Source: Zootoca vivipara (lineage: Eukaryota). From it: 64,000 bases of DNA. Within the stretch, counting starts at the first letter, position 1. Every line of letters starts with the position of its first letter. The notes beneath the pieces were generated by a model that searched no databases, was not told the DNA's origin, and saw only the letters and a program-made list of their open reading frames with translations. Shown here piece by piece: positions 51,189 through 62,470 of the stretch. The stretch spans positions 7,502,001 to 7,566,000 of the forward strand of contig NC_083289.1 of assembly GCF_963506605.1 (NCBI RefSeq), read 5' to 3'. The translations under genes and the position numbers were made by a program.

Positions 51189-51447
51189 GGACTAATTGCA
51201 GCCATCAGCAGCCATTAACACCCATCTACAGGTTTACCACTCCCATCAGCCCATCTCCCATTCCCACCCACCCCCACCACCCTCTGTATATATATAGGGT
51301 CTGACACTTCTGTTTCTAGTGTATCTGAAGAAGTGTGCATGCACACGAAAGCTCATACCAAAATATAAACTTAGTTGGTCTTTAAGGTGCTACTGAAGGA
51401 ATTTTTTTATTTTGCTTCGACTCAGACCAACACGGCTACCTACCTGT
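51189..51447 (+). mobile_element. Penelope-like element pseudo-LTR (solo insertion)
   Basis: It is homologous to the 14880-15380 3' region and has a perfect 14-bp TSD aactcatctaagag. Confidence 0.85.
51321..51358 (+). ncRNA. Minimal type I hammerhead ribozyme motif
   Basis: The sequence is GTAT-CTGAAGA-a-GTGTGCATGCACAC-GAAA-GC-TC-ATAC, with stem I gtat/atac. Confidence 0.7.
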
Positions 51448-51645
51448 AACTCATCTAAGAGTACTACTTCTGCATTGCAAGCAGGTCCTCTAAAGCACAC
51501 TCACATGTAAGGTGAATCTAAGCAGAATGATTTTAATTGCTAATATGAACACACCTGCAAAAGCAGGACACCAACTCTGTGTCTCTGACTAGGGATGCAG
51601 AACCCACCCCAAATGAATTTATCTCACAAATTCTGTTTTTACAAA

Positions 51646-51800
51646 CAGGGCCGTCTCAAGCAGGTCGGGCGCCCTGGCGCTGAGGCGCGGAGATTGCTCC
51701 GGTGCCCCTGCCCTCGCAGCGCGAAGCATGACTTCTGCGCGGCTTTGCAGCGCAGCGCCCGCGCCCCGCGCCACCGGGACTACACCTAGAGCCGGGCCTG
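51646..51800. mobile_element. hAT MITE
   Basis: Ends are cagggccgtctc / gagccgggcctg, with a perfect 8-bp TSD tttacaaa. Confidence 0.85.
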
Positions 51801-51883
51801 TTTACAAAGCCAAGCATAGAACATACTTCAACACAAAGGGTTACATTCAAGTAAGTCTAAATCGGAGTAGAACCATTGAACAT

Positions 51884-52338
51884 GTTGTTGTTGTTGTTTA
51901 GTCGTTTAGTCGTGTCCGACTCTTCGTGACCCCATGGACCAGAGCACGCCAGGCACTCCTGTCTTCCACTGCCTCCCGCAGTTTGGTCAATCTCATGTTC
52001 GTAGCTTCGAGAACACTGTCCAACCATCTCGTCCTCTGTCGTCCCCTTCTCCTAGTGCCCTCAATCTTTCCCAACATCAGGGTCTTTTCCAAGGATTCTT
52101 CTCTTCTCATGAGGTGGCCAAAGTATTGGAGCCTCAGCTTCAGGATCTGTCCTTCCAGTGAGCACTCAGGGCTGATTTCCTTCAGAATGGATAGGTTTGA
52201 TCTTCTTGCAGTCCATGGGACTCTCAAGAGTCTCCTCCAGCACCATAATTCAAAAGCATCAATTCTTCGGCGATCAGCCTTCTTCATGGTCCAGCTCTCA
52301 CTTCCATACATCACTACTGGGAAAACCATAGCTTTAAC
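51884..52338 (-). mobile_element. Bov-B (RTE) LINE, 5'-truncated, young
   Basis: The frame MVFPVVMYGSESWTMKKADRRRIDAFELWCWRRLLRVPWTARRSN... is intact. It has a (CAA)n tail and an 11-bp TSD ccattgaacat. Confidence 0.95.
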
Positions 52339-53019
52339 CCATTGAACATAGCAAGCCTAATTTAGTTCGGTGTACTCTTGAGTAGAACTAGCATGAAATG
52401 CCCCTAGCATGAAATGCCCCTATCCCTTCCCTCTACCCTCGCATCTGGGTTGCTTCTATTAAAGTGTCAGTTGCAGATTTTGTATTTCTAAGGTTCTGTA
52501 AACACTTTTCAGGCACATTTCACTAACAGTCACAGTGCATAAGGGTGATTACTTCCAAAAAGGCTCCAAGCCAGTGCACCCAGCACTCCTTGGTTCAATG
52601 AACACACAGGTCTAGCTGCCTTACCCTACTCCAAGAACAAAGCAGCTTGCAGACCCCCCCCCTAATATTTCTAAAACCCAGGAACTCTGAGACAAATGCA
52701 GCCTGCACTTCCCAGGCAGTTCCCTTATAAGAATGTAAAGTCACTCTATGCTCCCCAAGTCTCACCTAGATCATGCTGGCCCCTGCTTCTAAATTTCCAA
52801 GCATCTAGGCACACATGACTTTCTAGTATCTTTTGGCACATGGGGATTCTAAAACCCTGAGGCTGGCAATTACATATACTTCAGTGGTCAAATTATGAAA
52901 CTTTATTAAAAATAAAAGGTAGAGGGAAAAGCAGGCAGAAGGTCAAAACGGATTACAAAATAAGCAAGAGCACCATGGCTCTAACACTGGAATTATTCTA
53001 GCCTACCCACTAAAGTCAA

Positions 53020-53367
53020 GGGACCCAGGTGGAGCTGTGGGCTAAACCACTGAGCCTAGGGCTTGCTGATCAGAAGGTCGGTGGTTCGAATCCTTGCGAC
53101 GGGGTGAGCTCCCGTTGCTTGGTACCAGCTCCTGCCAACCTAGAAGTTCGAAAGCACATCAAAATGCAAGTAGATAAATAGGAACCGCTATAGCGGGAAG
53201 GTAAACGGCGTTTCCATGTGCTGCTCTGGTTTGCCAGAAGCAGCTTTGTCATGCTGGCCACATGACCTGGAAGCTATACGCCGGCTCCCTCGGCCAATAA
53301 TGCGAGATGAGCGCGCAACCCCAGAGTCGGTCACGACTGGACCTAATGGTCAGGGGTCCCTTTACCT
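53020..53367 (+). mobile_element. Full-length Sauria SINE
   Basis: It has the gggacccaggtgg head, B-box ggttcgaatcc, a cctttacctt tail and TSD tacccactaaa. Confidence 0.92.
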
Positions 53368-53930
53368 TACCCACTAAAATATAATTATTCTAACTTAAAG
53401 AACATATCAGTATTTAAACTTGTGCCTTTCTGCAGAGATGATTTGATATAGATGCAAATCCCATTTGCCTTGTGAACTGTCTGGTATGTTAAATTGCTCT
53501 GTTGCCTGTGCCTTCTGAAGTCACGCAGCAATCATCTACAGCACCTACAAATTTATCTATCCCTCTCTAAAAGTGTTTTCTTATTTTCAAAAGCACTTGC
53601 TTACTTATTGGATTAGTTTTTCCTACAAACAAACCCCTTCAGCTGGAGGGGCATTTTGAACTGACAATGTCAGGATACAATAATGGAGCGAGGCTTCTAG
53701 TTAGTGAGTAAATACTTTAGCTAATATCTGTAATCCAAAACTCTTCGTTCTGAAAGTTGGGGTACACACATACTCTACCAGGCAATAACATTGAATATAT
53801 TGTTATAATAATAAAGTGCATTGTATTGCACATTCAAACTCTATTGAACTGGCCTGATGTGTTTTGAGGAAGATGGTGGTACTGTATGTGTCTGCATCTT
53901 GGGTCTCCAATATAGGGCTGGGGCAGAAAT

Positions 53931-54030
53931 CCATAAGAGGTTTTCATTATGCTGAGTCAGACCAATTGCTTATCTAGCTCAGCACTGTCTACACTGACTG
54001 GCAGCAGCTCCCAAGGGTTTCAGGCAGGTT
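53931..54030 (-). mobile_element. Squam3-like SINE 3' part
   Basis: The minus strand reads ctgccagtcagtgtagacagtgctgagctagat...ggtctgactcagcata. Confidence 0.55.
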
Positions 54031-54411
54031 TCAGTAAGGCTTTTGACCAAGTCCCCCATGATATTCTTGTGAAGAAGCTGGACAAGGTTGCTGTGAGGTG
54101 GATTTGTAGCTCGTTGACTGACTGAATCCAGAGAGTGCTCACTAATGGTTCCTCATCTTCCTGGAAAAAAGTGACAAGTGATATGCCACAGGGTTCTGTC
54201 CTGGGCCCGTTGTTGTTCAACGTCTTGGATGAAGGACTTGAGTGGACACCTGGCTTGCCAGTAGTGCATGTGAGAAGGATCAAAGGGTTTTAGCAGACCA
54301 TAAGCTTAACATGAGTCAATAGTGTGATGCAAGCAGCAGCAAAAAAACAAACAAACAAAAACAGCTAGGCTGCTTCAACAGAAGTATGGTGTCCTGATCA
54401 AGCCAAGGGAA

Positions 54412-54633
54412 ATAAAAAAATTCCTTCAGTAGCACCTTAAAGACCAACTAAGTTTATATTTTGGTATGAGCTTTCGTGTGCATGCACACTTCTTCAGAGT
54501 ATCTGTGTATCTGAAGAAGTGTGCATGCACACGAAAGCTCATACCAAAATATAAACTTAGTTTGTCTTTAAGGTGCTACTGAAGGAATTTTTTTATTTTG
54601 CTTCGACTCAGACCAACACGGCTACCTACCTGT
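54412..54633. mobile_element. Penelope pseudo-LTR insertion in inverted (head-to-head) arrangement
   Basis: It has ~87-bp inverted arms around gtatctgtgta and a 12-bp TSD aagccaagggaa. It is near-identical to the 51189 copy. Confidence 0.85.
54507..54544 (+). ncRNA. Minimal type I hammerhead ribozyme motif
   Basis: It is identical to the 51321 motif. A mirror copy on the minus strand (54464-54498) lacks the 5' strand of stem I. Confidence 0.68.
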
Positions 54634-55589
54634 AAGCCAAGGGAAGAAATAGTTCTGCTGTATTCTGCCTTGGTCAAGCCACACCTGGAGTACTGTGTCC
54701 AGTTCTGGGCACCACAATTTAAGAAGGATGTTCAAGCTGGCACATGTGAACAGGAGGACGACCAAGATAATCAAGGGTCTGGAAACCAAGCCTTATGAAG
54801 AATGGTTGAAGGAGCTGGGTATGTTTAGTCTGGAAAAGAGGAGACTGATAGTCATCTTCAATTATCTGGAGGGCTGCCACTTGGAAGATGGAGCAAGCTT
54901 ATTTTCTCCTAGTCCTGAGTTAAAAGAAAGGAGATTCCGACTAAACACCAGGAAGAACTTTCTGACAGTAAGTGCTGTTAGACAGTAGAACAGACTCCCA
55001 CAAGAGTTGGTGGACTCTCTTTACTTGGAGGTTCTTAAGCAGAGGTTGGATGGTCATCTGTCATGGATGCTTTAGTTGAGATTCCTGCTTTCCAGAGGGT
55101 TGGACCTCAGGGTCCCTTCTAAAACTACAAATCTATTATTCTATTTCCTCCCCAAAACTGCTATTTGGAGACCAGGCCAATGTTCTCAGCCCCAGCTGTG
55201 TCCCAGGTAGATTTCTTGCTGTGCTAATTGCTCATTAGTCTGCTTCTTCAGTCCACCCTGGCACTCCCCCCCCCCTGCCCCAGCCAGCAGCCAGGAAGTC
55301 TGCCACACTCAAGGGAGAAGGCAAGCTATCTGCTTCACTTGACAGAAGCCTAACAATCACAACACCCATTAACACACCAGCTGCTGCACCAAAGCAGAGA
55401 AGCTCTGGATTTCAAGCAAAAGAGCCGAGGTTACCGATCTCAGCTATTAGCAGATCACAGCAAAGGGGAATAAGCAGCACACCACCCATCTATCCGAGTA
55501 TCTGCCATGATTCTCGGTAAACAACAGCAATGCTGGGAGCCTGTGGCTGCTGAGCATAAGCAGAGCGGGGACAAGGCTTTGCCTAGGGG

Positions 55590-56740
55590 CACGTGTTTGC
55601 TCCATGTGATGTGATACACACACACGGCGGTCTCAGGGCGGTTCACAAAACAGATCAACATAAAAACCACTATATATATACTAGCTGGCCCTGCATGCGT
55701 TGCTGTGCGTTAGTCTGTGAAATGGAGGGTAATAGCCCCCCTTCAGATACCCCTGAGCCTCAGAGTCCCCCTGAGTCGAGGCGAGATACTGTGGAGAGGG
55801 CAGGTTTCATCCCTGTGTCCCCCCCTGTTCTGACCCATTACGTATCCCTGCCCTCTATTGGCCCCCCCCACCTCCACTTGGCCTAGTCTGTAAAGCAGGC
55901 CTAGTCTGCAAAGCCGAGGTGAGATATTGTGGAGAGGGCAGGTTTCATCCCTGTGTCTCCCCCCATCCTGTTCTGACCCATTACTTATCCCTGCCCTCTA
56001 TTCGCCCCCCCCCTACCTCCACTTGGCCTAGTCTGGAAAGCGGCCTAGTCTGTCTGATAATGGCCGCCTTGGTGGTTTCAGTTGCTTGGTTGATGATGTC
56101 ATTTGGTTTGTGGGTGTGGCTTAGATTTCACAGGAAGGGAGGGGGTGGAGGAGGGTACTACGCCACTTGAGGGCGCTGTTTGACTTGGTGGAAAACCAGG
56201 TCTACACCTGCCCAGGTGTGTGATTTGAGGGATTTTTGCCCCCAACAACGCTCGGGGAGTGGCCTGGATCATTGTGTCAAAATTTCAGGACGATCGGTCA
56301 AGCGGTTACGGAGAAAAGTGTAGAACGCAGTTTCACGATTTTTACATTTTTATATATATAGATATATTCAAAATAAAAACGACAACCCAATAACACCCCC
56401 CCCCAAAAGCCACATTTTAAAAAGGGCATAGGATGTTAATCAGATCAACCAAAGTCCTGGTTAAAAAGCAACGTTTTTGCCTTGTGTCTAAAGGTGTATA
56501 ATGAAGGCACAAGGCGAACTTCCCTGGGGAGAGCATTCCACAGATGGGGAGCCACTGCAGAGAAGGCCCCGTTCTCGTGTTGTCACCCTCTGGACCTCTC
56601 AAGGAGGAGGCACATGAAGAAGGGCCTCAGAAGAAGATCTCAGGGTCCAGGTAGGTTCATGTGGAAAGAGGCGGTCCTTGAGGTATTGTGGTCCTGAGCC
56701 GTTTAAGGTTTTATAGGTCAAAACCAGCACTTTGAATATG
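55590..56740 (-). mobile_element. L2 LINE 3' end (interrupted by a Helitron)
   Basis: It encodes IFKVLVLTYKTLNGSGPQYLKDRL...TLRSSSEALL, and the 3' tail tgtgaaccgccctgagac resumes on the far side of the Helitron. Confidence 0.82.
55681..56362 (-). mobile_element. Non-autonomous Helitron
   Basis: The minus strand begins A|TCTATATATATAAAAATG and ends GCACAGCAACGCATGC-agggccag-CTAG|T. This gives a 5' TC, a subterminal hairpin, a 3' CTAG, an A|T target and no TSD. Confidence 0.82.
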
Positions 56741-57227
56741 GCAGCTTCCTGTGCATGGGCTGCTGCAAGTTGGGTGACAGGTGCTGTGAGATAAGTGGAT
56801 GAGGAACCCCAATACCAGCTGCAGCGTATGGCTGCTCTTTGGGTGTGGCACAAACTGGAATCTTGTATCATTTGAGACCCCAGGAGCTTCCCTTTGGTTG
56901 AGCCACTCTTTGCTTCTGGCTGTTTTGATGGGGCAGAATCCATATCAAAAGCTGAACGAGGTTCATCTGGCCAAACCATCTGACTGAAGGGGTTTACAAC
57001 AAAAACAACCCCCCCCCCCGGCTCGTGAAGAAAGGTGCCTTGACCTGTCTTTAAGGAATCTCAAGGAAGGCAATGCCAGCAAACTACCCCAGAAAGTGAG
57101 CAAAACAAAATGCCCGTTGCATGTGGCTCTCTTCTTGTTTCTCCTATTCTGCCTTCCCATCATGCAATGCAGGAAGGAAAGAGGAGAGGCCAGGCAGTTT
57201 GGCAGGTTTGGGAGAGCCAATGAGGTG

Positions 57228-57317
57228 CATAGCTGCCAAGTTTTCCCTTTTCCCGCGAGGAAGCCTATTCAGCATAAGGGAAAATCCCTTTAAAAAAGGG
57301 ATAACTTGGCAGCTATG
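57228..57317. mobile_element. 90-bp hAT MITE
   Basis: It has perfect TIRs catagctgccaagtt and a perfect 8-bp TSD atgaggtg. Confidence 0.9.
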
Positions 57318-60038
57318 ATGAGGTGGTGTGGACCAGAATGCTGAATCTGCAGTTTGAATGGGCCAGCTAAATCTTTCGCGGCTGGCAGAGGAGCAAAGGA
57401 GTCGCGTCACTGAGATGCCGCCAACATCAGAGCAAGGCAAGAAGGAAGGAACAGCGCCCTTCCAGCCACTCTCTTCTCCTGAGCAGGCGAAGGACATCTG
57501 AGGACTGCTGGGTCAGGTGAAAGAGGACCTCTCTAGTCCAGCTCCCAGGTTGCCACTGTGGGCAATCAGAGGCTTCTGATACACACTTGTCCACCATCAT
57601 ACCAAATCTGGTCCGTACCTTTACTGTCTCCAACAATCCTCAGGTGGAAAGACGGACATACCTCACTCCCCCACAACTGAATTTCCTCGATGCCACATGC
57701 CACATCCATGTGGACTACTGGCACCCAAAATGGCTTCCACAGTCTGGCTCTGACTGATGGAACAGGTGGAGCGGCAGAAGCTGAGGGGAATCGACAGATT
57801 TCCCACAGCAGGAAACAGGCTCCTCAGAAATAGCTACTTCCTACAGCGCAGGAAGCTATTTTGCCTTGGATTTTGATAACAAAGAGCAGCAGCCATTAAG
57901 CAACACCACATTAACCTGCAGACCTAGAGCAAACGTGTGCTCTCCTCCTGAGTTCACAGCCCTTCCCAACGCCAGATGCCTGCAGACTTTCAATGATTTC
58001 TCTACGATTACCCAGCATTAGGCTTTATGCTTTGTCATCGCGCAATCTCTCTCCCTGCTCCTCCCCTGGGAAGAAGATGTTTACTCCCGTCTGCATGGGG
58101 ACCGATTGGAGAGCCACGTAAAGCAGCCGTGCTAAGGAAACAGAGGCTGGCGGAGGCAGCACTTCTGCAAGGCTGGGACTGGGGACCGGCATCATGAATG
58201 AAGAAGCAATCTCTGTTTCTCTGTTTTTAAAATTATACCCACTATTGCCAAATTGTGAGGTGGGGGTGGGGGAAACCAGAAATCATTTGTGGGGGATGGT
58301 GCAGTCTTGTGTTAACCATCTCTCCATTGAAATACTCAAGGTGTACAGAAACGATGTAAACCCCAAGACCATTCTGCAGAGCTTGGGAAGCGATGGGTTT
58401 TTTGGGGGGTAATTTTTTAAAATTAGTTTCCCAATATACCCCCCCATAATAGCCGAATGATAACAATAACAATTAATTCCCAAATTATACAATTATCAAA
58501 ATGCCAACCAACTTCCACTTAATACATTTTAGTTAAAGTAGCTCCCCGCATGGTGGATTGGGTGCATTTCCGATCTTATATCACTGTGTTCCATAATCTT
58601 AATTAATATCAGTTACATTTCAGTTATTATAATAATCCCTTAGTCAACAGCTACATAATTAATTAATTAATTTCCATTCATGATGTTATAATATATAAAT
58701 TTATAAAGCTTCAAATGAGGAACTCAAACTATTATCTTTATTCTGTCCTGCATGTGAAAACTGTTATGCCCATGGAGATTCCTTCTGTTCATATATGTTG
58801 TTGCCTCTTTCACTTCCCAGCTATTGTTTTCTCTCATCGTGACATGGTTTCTCAGAGGTCTTATCTCTCCATCCCTTGCTTCAATGTCTCAGAACAGGCG
58901 ACTGTCTGCTAGAAACCATTCTGTCTCACTAGTAAAACATGTCACAGATCTTTGTCATTTTTCTCTCAGCCTAGTAAAAGGTGGGCAATATTCAAATGTG
59001 TTAAAGATTTAATACTCCTTTCCACCTCACAGAATCTCTGCAGTGTTCTTATCTCAGTCCCCTAATTCCTTTCCTTCCAGCTAGAGATTTATGGCCAATT
59101 AAACTTTATCTTAGATTACATTCTGTCAGTAGCACAAACAAATCTCAGTCTCTTTTCCCTTGTCTGTTGTTTTTAAATGGAGGTGAGGGAATTACTCTGT
59201 AACCAATGCTCCCTCTTTCTTCCCACCCAGCCCAGAGCGGCTCTGCCCTCTGCCTGCCCCTCAGAGCCAGCGCATCATGTGGGGCTGGGCCTTGGTGGTG
59301 GCAGCCTCTCCTCTTCCTTGCCTACTCTCCAGCAACCACTACAAGCTGTCCAAGGGAGGCGGCTGGCAGTGGTGGCCATGGAGAGGCAACAAGATGCTCC
59401 CTTGCACCTGCCGCCATCACCGCCTGGGGCAAACACCAGCTACTCTTTCTCTCCCCAAGCTTGGTGGTGGCAGCACTGGCGGGGGAAAATAGGGACATTC
59501 TGGGATCAAATCAGAAGCTTTTGTAATTCTGGGACTGTCACTTAGAGGGTATGGATCCTTAGATAGGGTTGTGTGTCAGACCCCTCTAAAGATGTCCCAT
59601 TTTTCTAGTGTTTGTAATAAGGTTCCCACTAGTGTCTATCACATTCCTCCCTTTCTGCTTGATCATATTGGGCCAGAGGTTGGATGTCCACTTCCTTGTT
59701 CAAAAGTTTCATCTTGGCAGGTTGCCAAATTACCTGGTTCTCTGCCAGAGATGGCAATTACATTCTTATCTCTCTTCTGTGGACATGGATCACAACTGCA
59801 AGACCAAGATAAGATAACGGTGACAGGCGCCAGCCATTACCTTTGTGGTTTAACTTTGGAATCTTCATACTCTTATGGCAAAGTCTTTTAAAATATTGCC
59901 CTGAAGGTATTTGGAGGATTCTAACATGGCAGATTAACATAAAGTTGCCACCTGGCTTTGGATTTTTGTCCGAAGGATCTTAGAGAAGCTTTCAAGGCCT
60001 GCAGGGACTTTATTCGCTTACTTCACAAGATTTATATA

Positions 60039-60240
60039 CAGTCATACCTCATGTTTCGTCCACTGCGGGTTGCGTTTTTTCAGGTTATGAATGCGGTTGA
60101 CCCAGAAGCGTTTACTTCCGGGTTTCGCCGCACGCGCAGAAGCGTTCTTGCATGCGCAAAAGTGCTGCTCTGGTTGCAGACTTTTTGGGGTGCGAACGGC
60201 ACCCTGGAACGGATCGGGTCCGCAACCCGAGGTACCACTG
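60039..60240. mobile_element. Tc1/mariner MITE
   Basis: TIRs are cagtcatacctc / gaggtaccactg, with TA on both flanks. Confidence 0.82.
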
Positions 60241-60924
60241 TATGTAGTGCCTGATTGAAATAAAACCTCAAAGCAGTTTACAAGACTTGATTGCCCCTTT
60301 CTGGTTAAGGTGACCAGCGTGAAGTTGTGATGAGAAATTGAGGTAGCAAGGAAATTGAACTGAGGAGTTGATTATATGGTCCAAAAGAAATATATTTTAT
60401 CAGCACAGGAGCTGGAGCCCCAGACGGAATCTGGCAGGCCCTTCCTAAGATTTTCTTGGCAGACACGAAAGCTGGCTGCCATACTCGATGCTGAATTTGT
60501 GACCCAAGAGGCAAAATCCTCCTCCCTCTTTGGCTCCCACAAGTCCAACTCTCCACTTCCCAGTTTCTTTTCTCCGCCCAGATCCGAAATTAGTACTAAG
60601 GTTCCAAACTTTTGCTTTCTGCTGCCTGGGCTGAATCTCCTTGAATTAATCATTTCCCGTAGAGCTAGAAACGAAATCCCCACTGACAGTGAAATGAACC
60701 ACTTGTCAGAGGCATGAGACAAAACCCAGCCTGTGATTGGCATTTCTGGAAATCCCTGAGCCACCCGAGGCCTGACAATGTGCCCTCTTAACTTAGCAGC
60801 AAGAAATGACATTTCAGCCAAAAAAAGGGGGGGAGCGTCCACCCCACTTTCAAAATCTTCCGTGCATCAGATTCAGGGCACTGATATTTCTAGAAATGTG
60901 TTTCTTTTGGACTGAGGGACCTGG

Positions 60925-60925
60925 G

Positions 60926-60960
<35 letters not shown>
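60925..60960. repeat. (GTT)n microsatellite
   Basis: Tandem repeat seen directly. Confidence 0.9.
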
Positions 60961-60961
<1 letters not shown>

Positions 60962-61573
60962 TGCTCTTTTTGCATTTTTTTTTCAAAATCTCAAAAAATC
61001 TCAGGCAGTTTCTGAGCTATTTTTAAGGAAAATTGCAAAAACCTACACTTCACAGGCGAATCTCAGCTACGATATGTCCAGTAATTTTGGACATACAGCA
61101 AACTTAACAAAGGGTACCTTTCCCCCAAGGGGTCTCCACAACCAGCCATCTCCCTCTTTCTGTGGGTCTCATAGAAACAGCCACCAGAGCCCCCTCCCCT
61201 ACCCAGTGCTATTTTCCTAGAAAAAAAGAGGTGCCTGAACTCTCCATGAACACCTCTCTTGTTCTGTTAGAATGGCAATTGTGCCCACCTGAGAGGTGCC
61301 GGAAATTGAGTTCCTCTGAGTTCCAGCTGGGAATCCTGAGGGCAGTGCTTGTGGCACTCCACTGCCCCTGGCCAACCCTCCTGCCCGGGTCTGTCCCTCC
61401 ACTCACTCTGGGAACCTCCACACCTCTTCCCCCACCAACTGGCCATTAATGCAATGCTGGGCAGCCGAGGTGAACTTGGCCTGTGTCACCAAAGATGCCC
61501 TCTTGGGAATATGAAAAAATGAAAAGCATCAAGTGGAGGGCTTGAAATGGACCCCCCATAAAGGATAAGGGGA

Positions 61574-62470
61574 CATAGCTGTCAAGTTTTCCCTTTTCTC
61601 GCGAGGAAGCTTATTCAGCATAAGGGAATTTCCCTTTAAAAAGGGAGAATTTGTCTAGATGGTATCTTACACCAGTAAAATTAGCTAAGATTTATCATAA
61701 TCAGGATAATAAATGTTGGAAATGTAAGAAAGAGGAAGGATCTTTTTCTCACATGTGGTGGACTTGCCCACTAGTAAGGGGTTTCTGGGAGAAGATTTAT
61801 AATGAATTAAAGAGAGTGTTGAAAAACACATTTATTAAGAAACCAGAATCCTTTCTATTGGGTATAGTTGGGAAAGAGATTCCTAAGAAAAATGTTGATT
61901 TTTTTTTATGTATGCTACAACGGCGGCAAGAGTATTACTAGCCAAGAATTGGAAGACCCATGAATTACCAACAGTGGACAATTGGCAAATGAAAATGATG
62001 GAGTATATGGAACTGGCTGAGATAACCGGGAGAATCTGCGACCGGGGAGAAGAGGTGACAGAAGAAGATTGGAAAGATTTCAAAATTTATTTTTAAAAAT
62101 ATGGTAAATTTGTATATTGAGATTAGATTTAGAAGTTTATAGAAACTGCGGGTTTGGGAATTATGTGAAGTATATTGATGTATGAGAGATTTGAAAGCAT
62201 AAGGAGTTTTAAATAATGAATTGGAAATTGCTAAAGATAAAGGAGTATTGAACCGCAGACGGAGGGAACTCAAGGAATTCCCCCCCTATACAATGTTAAA
62301 AGAAAAGGATTTTGCATTTGGATTTTTGTATTTGTTGTTTTATTGTGTTTATTGTTATTTTCATATTGTTGTGTCTATTGTTATTGTGTTATTTTTATAT
62401 TGTGCTGTTTCTTTTTGTTGTAAAATCAATAAAAATTATTATAAAAAAAGGGGAGAATTTGATAGCTATG
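61574..62470. mobile_element. 90-bp hAT MITE (same family as 57228) split by an L1 insertion
   Basis: Ends are catagctgtcaag...ttgatagctatg, with a perfect 8-bp TSD taagggga. Confidence 0.85.
61654..62444 (+). mobile_element. L1-clade LINE 3' end (ORF2 CCHC knuckle + 3' UTR)
   Basis: It encodes RWYLTPVKL...KCWKC......SFSHMWWTC. It has AATAAA and an A tail, and a ~16-bp TSD aaaaagggagaatttg at a TTT|AAAA site. Confidence 0.88.

Larger units (their letters stand above)
54031..55144 (+). mobile_element. CR1 LINE 3' portion (interrupted by a Penelope insertion)
   Basis: It gives [23 protein letters not shown] and [19 protein letters not shown], followed by the CR1 tail. Confidence 0.9.

Noticed and set aside
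58410-58720. AT-rich block, possibly an L1 3' UTR on the minus strand
   Set aside because: There is no coding motif or TSD to support a family call.
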